Positions 36,472 to 48,200 of a stretch of 64,000 nucleotides of DNA are shown in pieces; the stretch's first letter is position 1, and every line of letters begins with the position of its first letter. Below the pieces are notes generated by a model. That model was not told where the DNA came from. It saw only the letters and a list, made by a program, of their open reading frames with translations, and made no database searches. The stretch comes from Tubulanus polymorphus (lineage: Eukaryota > Animalia > Nemertea): contig NC_134028.1 of NCBI RefSeq assembly GCF_964204645.1, positions 3,224,001 to 3,288,000 on the forward strand, given 5' to 3'. The position numbers were made by a program, and so were the translations under genes.

Positions 36472-37324
36472 TGCTTGCATTTGAAAACTGATATTTTCCA
36501 TTGTTTGAACATTTCAAATAAGATATTTCGTAAATTATCGTGAATCACCAATACAACATATTTTGAAGTCACTTGTTAACCAATCATTTTATAACGTATT
36601 GAAATAATGTATTTGCCTGTTATTTGTTATTGTTTCGCGCCTTTTTTGCAACGGAAAAATATCTGTCATTGTTTTTGGATGTTTTATGGTGAATAATGTG
36701 GTGTTTTTACTTTTTACTGTATAAATGATTATGATCATAAAGATCTCTGGTGCTGTGCTTGGTTGGGTTTCGCTAACAATGTCACATAACAAAAGCTCGA
36801 ATCATTTTATATTGTAATCTAGAATCATTGTAGTAATCTGATAATAGAAGAGATATTTTTAGATAAATTTCGTTCTTCATTTCACTCTAAGTTGTAATTT
36901 TCATGGATGTGTTGCAAGAAATCGACTTCGATGAGCGCTTTTCAGATGAAAGAATCACTTTAAGAATGACATTTTTTAACCGGTAAAACAATAAAATCCG
37001 ATTCCTCATATCGCTTTCCACATTCGAAGCCTATCATCAGCTGCATCCGTGTACAATGGAAGTACAAAAGAGGTGATTATGTAAATACGTTAATCTAATA
37101 CTGAAATCGATAATCCAACAATTTTCAAAACTCATTTTTCAATATACTGTATCATAATACGACTGATTTAAAGATGACGCAAAATGTTCTTTTTCCAAAA
37201 CCGTCAATAATCCGTGAGAAAAATCGGTAAAACACCTGGCAGATTATCATTAATCATTACTGGTTTATATATTAAGATATATATCTAATGCTGGGATACT
37301 CGGAGTTTCAGTGTAAACTTCGAC

Positions 37325-38129
37325 ATGTTACTGATGTGGAAGGTTCTTGTGTTGTTGTTGTTTGTTCTATCTCTGTCAGCGGATGTTTATGGCGGAGAAA
37401 CGGGTGCGTTTGGCGTTTCTTTTTTTGAGGTCCATTTGTGAATTTGCGAATAGGAATTAAATGAATTACTTACATTTGTGCTTTATGCGAAAGAGCAAAT
37501 TTAAAAGCAAGTTTCTTGAGCTTGTTATTCGTACTTCTAATTCAGAGGAAAGGCGTCATCCGATAAAAAGAGTCTGGAAATGCAACATAGGTGCATGGTT
37601 CGGTAAGTTGATTTAATTCTAACCTTCATCATCAAATGTATCGAAAAGGAACACGGATTAACGAAAATGTGAAATACATGCATATATATTTCCCAGATAT
37701 CAGTTTTAATCGCAAAGAAATAAAAATAATTAATATGTGGAATGATTTGGTTATGGATTCAAAAATAAATGTGTTTTAAGAATTGAAACCTGACTCAAAA
37801 GAGCAGGCCTGGGCCTACAGACCTACAGTAAGGGCTGGCCTGGGCCTACAGGCCTACAGTAAGGGCAGGCCAGGGCCTACAGACCTACAGTAAGGGCAGG
37901 TCTGGGCCTACAGACCTACAGTACATACTGACTTCTCCCAGTCGAGTAAATTATAATCGTATAATTGAAAGGTAATCCTTAAAATTTATACATTTGTGGT
38001 ATGAGACATCATCAAATCCGCGTCAACTCCGTTCGTGAACTTATCATTTCAGGCTCACGTAGTCGCTGTAAAGGGATGCTTTCAGCTAAGCGCAAACCAT
38101 CTGGCGGAAAAAAACACGACGCGCAATGA
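37325..38129 (+). CDS. Small secreted prepropeptide (70 aa; neuropeptide, antimicrobial or toxin-like precursor)
   Basis: Exons 37325-37403, 37546-37602 and 38053-38129, both introns phase 1 and GT-AG. Translation: MLLMWKVLVLLLFVLSLSADVYGGETEERRHPIKR-VWKCNIGAWFGSRSRCKGMLSA-KR-KPSGGKKHDAQ*. TATA-like sequence at ~37265. Confidence 0.75.
37803..37922 (+). repeat. 31-bp minisatellite, about 4 copies, in intron 2 of the peptide gene
   Basis: Unit GCAGGCCTGGGCCTACAGACCTACAGTAAGG with minor variants. Confidence 0.9.
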
Positions 38130-38970
38130 AACGTCAACAGCAAAACTCGGAAATATTATGTTCCGACATGTTTCTGCGATTATTATAAATTATGCTACAA
38201 AAAGTCATTAGAAATAATATCTCTGAAAAGTCTAAAACATGCTTATGTTGTTTTTTCTTAATCTGATCATAAGATTATCGACACAATGGTGTAAGACGTC
38301 ACGTTTCTCAAATTGTATCGATAATCTTATTATTCGCGGTAGCTGTAGTTTAGAGTAGTTTAAACCACTGATGATTATGTATGTTATCAAAAATGAACAA
38401 AGAGAATGTGTTTTTTGATGTTATTGAATATAATCCCCTCTTACCGCAGAGTGGGATAACCTGCGATATAGGATTATACTCTAAGCAGGTATTACCATCA
38501 TTTGCATGTTCGTTAAGTGAAAAAAGTAAGCAGAAGCGACCGTAAGACACTTCCCGAATTCCAGCATTCTACAAGAACACCAAATCGTCGGTTTTAAACA
38601 CAGGGTTTCTCATACATACAAAACGATGTTCATTTCACACGCTTGATTCATACCCGCGAATGAATTCTTAACGACATCTAGTCGAATTATAATCTACGCG
38701 TCACATTACGTTAGAAAATAAATGTTTCCGGACACATATAAACTCGGCGGCTGACTAGTCACTGCGGATAAAAAGTAAAATACAACCGCAACTTCTACAA
38801 CGAGCATCGATCGCTAAAATGAAATATATCGTTCCTGATTGCGATGACGTCTTAATTACAACTTTAGTTCAATTTGCGATAAAACGCGCAAGATTTATGT
38901 CTCGGATGAAAGCGAATACTCGATAGGATTTCATTTACTTTTCTATTTATAGATGGTTGACCGAATTGAA

Positions 38971-39269
38971 TATCAGACGCCTATAGTAGATTAACCCCAC
39001 TCAAACGTGGAAAACAGATAATGAGATTATAAGCTCACTATATAAGTTACGTAAAAGTTTTAAAATCAAGGATTTATTCAATCAAAGTTAGAATACAGGA
39101 CGTTTCGATCTCACACTAGAGATCTTCATTAGGGAAAAACAAAAAAGATCCCGAGTGTGAGTTCGAAGAGTCGTGTCATTTTGATTAATTAATTTGATTG
39201 AATAAATTCTCGATTTTGAAGATTTTAATCTGTATATATAGTGGGTTTATATCTGTATCAGACGCCTAT
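38971..39269. mobile_element. Foldback insertion with 14-bp flanking direct repeats; Penelope-like relic
   Basis: TATCAGACGCCTAT at 38971-38984 and 39256-39269, with internal inverted arms. The minus strand carries a hammerhead-like CTAATGA-AGATCTC-tagtgt-GAGATC-GAAAC. Confidence 0.6.
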
Positions 39270-41196
39270 GTTTCTAGCGTTTTCTTGGTTCGGTAAAAGG
39301 GAAATCTGGGTTTGTATCATCTTTAACATCTCGAATACATGCGTTAACTCCCCTATCAATCAAACAGTTGGAATGGGCGTCAATAGGAAGGCCGTCTGTA
39401 CCAGCAATTCGTGATTGTGACTAAGAAATGTCCCTTCGTGTCGTGGTACATCGACTTTGATTATTGGTTAGCAGTAAATGCCATCAATTAATGAATAGAA
39501 TCGGATCTGAAGAGAAGGTGACAGGAAATAAGTGGCGCCAGTATTATTTTACAACATCCAACATGCAAGTAACAACGAGGATTGATGAAGTGCACAGTGC
39601 ACAAGTGTCTATGTATAAAAATGGATTAGAATTCATTATTTCATTTGACGTACATGGAGATTGAACCACCAACTTTTAGAATACACGACAGCGCGTACGA
39701 GTTGAACCACTAGTCGATTATGCATTATGATTTCACTTCTATCTTCGCTGAGAAATGTTGAAACAGGTTTGAAATTACCACCCAAGACCAACACTTGAAC
39801 ACGAACGGAAAACGGAAATATAAACATATTACATTCTGGCGAGATATGATTGAAACTAATCGTTCGTTACGTTCGTTTGAAACGTTTTATATTTTTCACC
39901 AATAAATATCGAGGAATTAATTGTCTCATTCATAACCAGGCATTGCACTTTTTGTTTGGTTCATCAGATATAACAATGAAACATACTGGATTCAATCTAT
40001 GAGCGCCATATTGTGACGTATGTACAAGCAAAAAGTCCTGTTATTCCGCTGCGTGGAAAAAGAAATATACATATCCCCAGCCACATCTAATCTAGTTGCT
40101 TTCCTATTCAAGGTAGGAATTCGTAAGATACGGATGGAATGACCCTAAGTCGTAAACGAAGACAGCAATGGGTGAAGCCCTAACAGATTCAATAATAGCA
40201 AACCATCGTAAAACGCGTTAGTTGAATGGCAATTTCCCTCGACACGCAAAATAGCTTCGGCTTGAGGATCTTTTTATCTTTCAGACGAATGGAACGGGCA
40301 GGTTTATGACAAAATAAGCGGACGAACCTGGGTCGTAAATCAAAACGCTTGGTCAACGGCATTTACAATTACGTGGATATCTGTCGAGTAAACATACACA
40401 GTTTTCCAATTGCGAGTACAGTTATATACGAGCCGTCAAATTCCGCGTGATTTGCGCTGCTCAATCCGGATGTATTTGTTTTGCATAGGGATCACTTTGT
40501 GTTTTTGCAAACAACATAATTCAAGTGATCAATAGATAGTTCGATACGTGCACCGATCTGTCGTAATAGGATGTCACTCGAAAGACATTCTGGACACACC
40601 CTGGTTCAGATGATAATAGAATCACTTAATCAAAGTCTGTCCGTATATATTCGTTTTCAATATCAAATATCCCAAAATCTGTATCTACTTTTGATTTACT
40701 GTGTTTATTACTTAAGAGAAAAATATATCTTCTTGTTTGAATACCGAAGACGCACATCAGTTCGAACGGGTTCGGCTGTAACACGGATTTAAATCGATTC
40801 ACTAGGATCCGATAGAATCTTTTCGTTTCGCAGAAGATGTCTGTAAACATGGTGCCGATCTTTAACCTCGGATCTATCAGAGTTGTAAAAGTCGTCGATT
40901 GAAGGCTCGCTGTTTAAACTAAGCGTGTAAGCCTGTGCGTAAATGTTTTTCGGTATGAGGTAATGAATGCTTTACTCCGATGACTGATCTTATTGAATGG
41001 CGGAATTTGCATTTTCATAAATGTTATATCTGCCGCCAAGTGATTGCATTGATAGACAGGCACGTTACGGGTTACGCACCAAGAACAGTTTTATATACAT
41101 TCGACATAAACCTTTTACATAATTTACGAACATACCTAATTGCTCTATTCTGTTTAATTAACGGCCACACTAGATTGATATTACGTCGAAAAGGCG

Positions 41197-41278
41197 GGTA
41201 GCGTGGCCGAGTGGTCTAAGGCGCTGGTTTTAGGCACCAGTCTAGAAATAGGCGTGGGTTCGAATCCCACCGCTGCCA
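41197..41278 (+). tRNA. tRNA-Leu(UAG), copy 1
   Basis: GGTAGCGTGGCCGAGTGGTCTAAGGCGCTGGTTTTAGGCACCAGTCTAGAAATAGGCGTGGGTTCGAATCCCACCGCTGCCA: 82 nt, long variable arm, anticodon TAG, TTTT downstream. Confidence 0.96.
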
Positions 41279-42130
41279 GTACTTTTATTGTTTCAATGTC
41301 ACCGTTCAATTCATTCTTTTTGACCTTAAAATAGGGAATTCACTCTTATTTTTTGATTGATTGATTTTAATTTGATCTAAATTAAAAAATTTGTATCCCC
41401 ATCAGACCCTTTGACCACTGTTGGCGGGGATGACGAAGGTCGTTTGATTTTGCAATTGGAAATCGAAGTACAGATGAATTCGGATGATCGGTCAAATACA
41501 AAACTGTATTTTCTTGAATTGAAGTGAATGATTGGAAATCTCGGTTCGTTTGAACAATTTTCCAAACAGCCAGAAGCTGCAATAGAAAGTGAAATCGTTA
41601 GTTGGTCTAAAACAGGTTAGCAAAAGGTCAAATTGCATCCGTTTATGGAGAAACCCATCCTCATCGGAAGATGTCAACTACTTTCCTTCAGAAACCAGGA
41701 CACTCGCATGGATAATTTTTCGTATGGAAATGTGCTTCATTCTCCAAGATTTTATCTAGTAAACGCGCGGAACAGGACGGCAGTTACATCAACATCTAGC
41801 CGAGAAGAAAACTACAAAAAAAGACTAATACACGCGATGGAAAACAACCAAAAATATAAGAATGGACAATATACGATATTCAACAATTATCTTACAAGTG
41901 TATTAAATCAGGCAGCCAATAATTAATCCCAATCAGTTCAGGCTGATTGGAAGATTGTTTACATGAACCGGAACTGAAACTTCTTTTTAGATAGAGAATC
42001 TGTAAATTCAACCGAAAAAACCGTCTGTTTCGTTCCCAGCAGGTGTGATGGGTTTGTTAGGAACACAATATCAAATCAAATCAATTGAATAAATAATTGC
42101 GGCAATTCCATATGTCCAAACCATTAAGCA

Positions 42131-42212
42131 GGTAGCGTGGCCGAGTGGTCTAAGGCGCTGGTTTTAGGCACCAGTCCAGAAATGGGCGTGGGTTCGAATC
42201 CCACCGCTGCCA
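42131..42212 (+). tRNA. tRNA-Leu(UAG), copy 2
   Basis: Identical to copy 1 except in the variable arm (CCA-GAAA-TGG versus CTA-GAAA-TAG). TTTT downstream. Confidence 0.96.
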
Positions 42213-45200
42213 TAAGTTTTACTACTCCAAGTGACCTTTCAATGCATGTTTAGAGGGTAAAGAAATTAAGCACTTGATTCATTGATATTTTGTTCACAAA
42301 TTCACCCTGAAATAGTAGCATTATCGCCACTCGAGCGAATTCCCTACAGAATGTTGGAATTGTATTTTGATGGCATTTACGTCGAGTTACTTTTTATAGC
42401 CTGCAGTTAAATTGAAACTCAACTACAGTTTGGACGCGTCGTAGATCAGACTTTATCGGGGCCTAAATCAACGGGTTCAGAATTTTAAGTGCCCCACAAT
42501 TCACCGCATTTAGTCGGTAAATTTGAGAGTTGTCTCTCGACGTACATTTCACACTAGTCTTGAGTCGATGATTACGCAGTCCAAGGAGACCTGTATTTCA
42601 ACTAATCATAGACAAGTGAAACGCATTTTCGTAGAAAATAAAAGCGAATGACTCTCTCGTCACTTAACTGAATGATGTCTGAGTTTCTGTGCAAACGCCA
42701 TTAATGATGTAGTAAGCTACGGATAACTGTATGATTGTGATCACAGCCCCAATATTTCCCTGAAAGTAACGCCAACAACAGTTTACTTTTTTCAGATATA
42801 TGCAAAACATATTCGTTCCATTCAACCTGTTTTGTTAATTTCTGTAAGAAATATTCCCAAGTTGTTGGGTGATACCCGTGAGGGTATTTAATATGCAAAT
42901 GGAAATTGCCCTTGGGACACCTATTTCATTAGCTTAAAACGAGAGATTATAGAATTAAAAAAATTCATTCTTCTTCGCAAGCGAATACATCTTCGATATG
43001 AATATTTAAGGGTCTAACGAGAATGTGAAGGAAGATAGTCAACGAATGATGAGGCTGGTTGCGCGCGCGCTGATTCGACGCAACTCACGTCCGACTCGGT
43101 CTCATCAATCCATTAGTGCATCAACTCGAGTAGCGCAAACACGTGTTCATTCGGTTGTCGTCCGTTGCGTCTGTAGCCATCATCATTTCACGCGACACCT
43201 GATCGTCAATTACGATGATCTACATACTTATTGAGGACTTAGTTCTTCTATAGGTAAGTCGGTGATTGATATACCGGCACCTTTTACCAATTCGCACACA
43301 GTTCGAATATTTTCCATCTGTTCCGACGACTAACGCTCCGACATAGATCGACTTGCGTCTTGATAAACATTGACGGTTTGCTTTTCGTTGAAAGCATTGT
43401 GTTGGAAATTGATACTTAACAAAACTTTTCCTCCAGATAAAAACGAAGAAAGTGAAACAGTTCTACCGGTAATCGCCGACGTAAAGCGAAGCGAGCCTCG
43501 AGCAAACAACTGATGCGTTTCACTCCCGTAAGAAAACAACAGAAGGGCGAAAGAGCAATATGATCGCTTGCACGCGCGGATGCAAAGGAAAATATTTGAC
43601 TAAGAAGAAGAAAGGTAAAAAATCGTTTATTATTTTTGTTCGAAAAGATTACGTTTATGACTAAACAAAAATTAGATCAACTGTTCATCTTCGGCTGATT
43701 AATTAGATCAACTTTTATTTAGTTGAAAAAAAGGCAAAAATAGTAAAATCTCAAACCTTATCATCATACTTAATGTAATAACTGGCGCATCGATCTATAT
43801 TCAAAACTAATAGATATTTGTTTGTAAATTTGTTTACCAGGTGTTCAAATTTGATATCCAATTCGAACTTATCAACCGGTCTGAAATTTCAGCTATTCAG
43901 AATATAATTTGAATGTTCGTTTCGCTACTCGCTGCGATATGAAGCCCGCACTAATACCACGTTTTCAGTGAGTTTGCAACCGCGTTTTCTTTTCGATTTT
44001 CGAAAGGTTGTCATTAAAACGTATCGGTTGGTAGCATTTGAAAAGCGCAGTTCGTTCGTTCGTGAGTAATTCTATGCAATCTCACAAATATACTTGTAAA
44101 AATGAACACGTTTTCCGATTGTTGGCATTACCTCGTCGCTGGTAACCATGTGCTATCAATAAAGAAACGTTGTGGCAAGCATTTATGCGGATGCGGTAAC
44201 GACATTTCCGTAATGAGAGTATCGAAAAAAGTGTACATGAGGTAGATAAGAAATGACCGCGCGTGCTCTATTCAAAAAGCCACATTAATCAGGCACGCGT
44301 ATGGTTCTTGAAAAAAAAAGATGAAATAGATGATAGATTTGGTGCAATTCATAAAGTTTTAGAAAGGTTTACGGATTCCGCAGGCGTTGTAAGTTGTCCC
44401 GTTGTGTATTTTCAGGAAAGCTCATATTTCCTAGATTTTTACGAAGCTTCATCTTATAATCTTCAAGAACATAAAGTATATCTAATCGTATTTACAGAAT
44501 TTCCAACAAAAAATAGCTGCACTTTCCGTTACTTCATTCGATACTTTCCTGACTTGAGAAATAAGAGACGAACATTACATTATACTTTATTTACAGTTAC
44601 AATAACTTTTTATTTCATCACATAATATTTGCGCATTTGTTAGGAAAACCTGTCTCATGTGGTGTGTTATCGGATCCTACGATGCGGCTCCAAAGCCTTG
44701 CGATAAACGCTATACCTGCATTTTTTAAATTGCATCAAATTGCTTTAAATGGAAGCTGTTGTTCCTCGTTGTTAAAGACGTAAAACTCTATCACTGAGTG
44801 CCAGGTGGTTGTCTGAAACTCCTATCGGCGAAGCTATAGATTAAGCGAAATAGTTGTCATTTCGATCGTCGTTACAAATGAAATAAAGATGCACGCGTCG
44901 TTGCAATAAGTGATTTCTTTGACAGATGTCTTGATACACATTGAAAATGATGATTTCACGACGCGCACAGTGATACAAACCGAGCTATCACCGCACGAGA
45001 AAGAGTCACGATATAGACGTTGTCCACGGCAATTTTCACTCCAGTCATGAATTCCGAAAGCATGAACGAAATAACGTTGATAAATTAAGGCCTTGTTTAT
45101 CGACTGGCTGGAGAAGCTAATTCGCTGAGTCTTGTAGACGTTTCCACTTCGTTTCTCTCTCGCTTAATCGAATAGCAAGTAGATTGCAGCGCGCATGCAT

Positions 45201-48200
45201 TCGAATTGACGCCCGACGGTCCATAGCATATTATTACGTTCATGATTTGTTAATTAAAAGGCGCACCAACGAGAGAATAGGTTGTCGAATACTGATTAAT
45301 AGAAATTTGGCGCTTTGTAAGAAATAAATAAGCGCGCAGAGGCCACGTCAATTTTCGACCGCCGGTCGCCATTGTTGACAAGATCTATCTGAATAATCCG
45401 TTTAAGAATCATTTTATCCGCACGCGGACACTGTTCATCTTCAGCTGATTACGTTCAGACGAAACGGCGGAACAATTCTGGAAATCTCATGAATTAGACT
45501 TGAATGCGTATATAAGCAACGGATAAACATCTGAAAATAAGGCGGCAGAAATTCTGACTAAGAAGAAGAAAGGTAAGAAATCGATTTCATAACGAATGCG
45601 TATAAGCAAACATACATCGAATACATCTTTATGTATTTTTGGTATAAGGTTACATGTATTCGTAGGAAAGCGTGTCAATAAACTTATTCGATGGCAGCAG
45701 TGACATATGATATTCACATCGGTTTGTGCCGGCGCACCTAACTGCAGCGAATAAAACTTTTCAACTTGATTGAATATTGTTCTAATGTCTTTTTTAAGAT
45801 ACGGCTGGAAATAACATGTACAATAAATTGCTATAGCCTCTTTTAAAGATATGCAGCCGGAAAATTGATCAGCCGTTTAGAGGAAACGGACTGCTGCAAT
45901 TGTATAAAGCTATTATGCATAATTCGCCTTTTCCTTTATTTATGGTTAACACCGCATCAGCCCGCGTCCTGTGGGTTTTCAAATAGGAAGAAAAGTCGAA
46001 ATCAAGACAGGCCGTTACGGAAAGGCTTCGAGGAAGATGGATGCACTATGCATGTCCCAAAATGAATAATGCACACACCGTATCCTTCCTCGTCTGATAG
46101 AGACACATCTGCAAACAGCCCGTAGGATCATTTCGATGGTAATAGAACTGTTGATTGTAGCCATTTCAAAGCTAATTATCAAATTATAAGCCGTGCACGA
46201 GATGGTGAGGCGATTTCAGGTGCGTTCTCATTCAGTCACAAAACACGGCTTACGTTTGATATTTACTAAATATTTTGTCGAGAATCAGTTCCACTGTCTA
46301 CTCTGTAATCTCTATCACGACGAAAAACCAAATGACATTGTGAGATTTTATTCACTGGTCGTAAAAGACGTAACACCCACGTTTTGCAAGGAGAAATCTT
46401 CACGCTATAAAAGCGGCAGATATTTCACGGATAAAAGCATTCGTAAGAGGCTCGGATATTGAGTCGCATATTAATACTAATTCTTTTACCACATGAGTTA
46501 GACGACAGAAGTTATTTTGAAGCTTTATCGTTCACAGCTAATTAATCATGATATTCATTCGACACTGTCTATTATTTCAAGTTGTTGGACACGTTTAATG
46601 GTAGACCAATGCCCCTTGAGATGAATCGACAACGAGATAAACAATAACATATGAGAAAAAGAATGATGAAATAATGCGCATATACGTGCCGTCATTAGGT
46701 TTGAATTCTTACAAGAAACTCGATGTGAAATCTCAGTTGCAAATAGATTCGTCCGACGAAATGTTTGCGTACGAATAGTAGAAAAAGTGCGCATGCACGA
46801 TGCTAGTGTTTACATTCGTGAACAAACGGCAGGTTTTCAAGTTGTCCTGGTAAACATCCACGGGGGTAGTTTATTCAATGATTTATTCATGTGAATAGTA
46901 CCGAATCCATTGTTCTATTAGTTTGAATAAAAACGTGTAACCCCTTTTTTTATCGATAAAACATGAGTTTACAATAAAGCGACGAATTTCGGAGGAGGAA
47001 ATCATCTCGTTGACCTCAGATATTCTCAGAGATGTTTCGGGGGGGGGGGGGGGATTTAATGCGATTGAGAAGTAACACTACTGTACTAGATTTCGTTCCC
47101 TCACTTTGTCGGAATGGACAAATTTCGACAACTCATCACACAAACTTCCGTGAAATTACTTACTACTGATTTCCCTAGACACACGCCCTTTGTCTACACG
47201 GAATTAAACGTGGTCCTTCACTTAATACTCTTAATACTTTCTCTCTGGACCAGCTCAACCAATGGGAACCTGAAACTTAGAGTAGCAGCCTTTCTGGCTA
47301 GTCTTCCCTTTAGCCTGTTGGACATTGTAAAACCACTGGAAAAACAATTCCACTTACGGGTTGATCTGGCGACCAATCTGTGGGGTTTATAGTTTCGGTC
47401 TCGAGGTGGTACGCCGAGCAACTGACGTAACTACGCGGTTTAGAAGTTAGAAGCTTATCAGAGTGCAATATCTATAAGTCTAGAACGGGAGGGGGGTAAT
47501 TCTACCTTACACCTCACTGACTGTCGAGTCATTCTTCATTAGAAATAACGCACGGATTTCATGCAAGCATTCGTCGTAGGTTTTTTTCGCCTCTACCGCA
47601 GAGAAGCAATCCGATCAAATCGTTTCCGACATCGCAAGAGTACGATTACTGTTTTTCGACGGATGGATTGTGTCTGTTATCTTAAGATTAGTGAGAAAGG
47701 ACTGACAAAATGTTCACCACGAATGAAATCTACACCCGACCATTCATTGGCGACTAATGGTGAATTAACGCGCGTATGATTTTTTTTTACGCTAAGGATG
47801 CTGGATATTGATATCTATCTCATCACGAAAATCTTACCTCCACAATTATCAATCGGAGCGGTTTTTCAAAAGTCATGTATTAGTTAGTGTTATCTAATCT
47901 CTGTGCGTAAGGGCCTTACTCGGTCGATAAAGATAAGTTCATTATTCGATTATTTTGGGACTATCAAGCTTCATGTGCTATACAGTGGCTATTTTTTATA
48001 GTGCCAATTCCATAACTTAAAAAAGGTTATTTGCGTTATCTCAAGTTGACATGAAATGACAGCCAGTTTCTCTCGACTCTTGTAGTTATTTAGCAATCAT
48101 TACCAGCGACGGTCGGCATAATTCAGACTCGCGTTACAGTTCAAATATTATTCTGGCTTCTGGGCAAGAATAAATCAAATTTATTAAGAACTGTAATCGA

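Larger units (their letters stand above)
31240..37220 (+). repeat. Tandem segmental duplication: unit A ~31240-33958, unit B ~34153-37220
   Basis: Promoter, exons, introns and 3' flank align collinearly between the units. Coding exons are much better conserved than introns. Confidence 0.92.

Noticed and set aside
41390-41926. Coding-like stretch between the two tRNA-Leu genes
   Set aside because: In-frame stops and no recognisable homology or consistent splice model.
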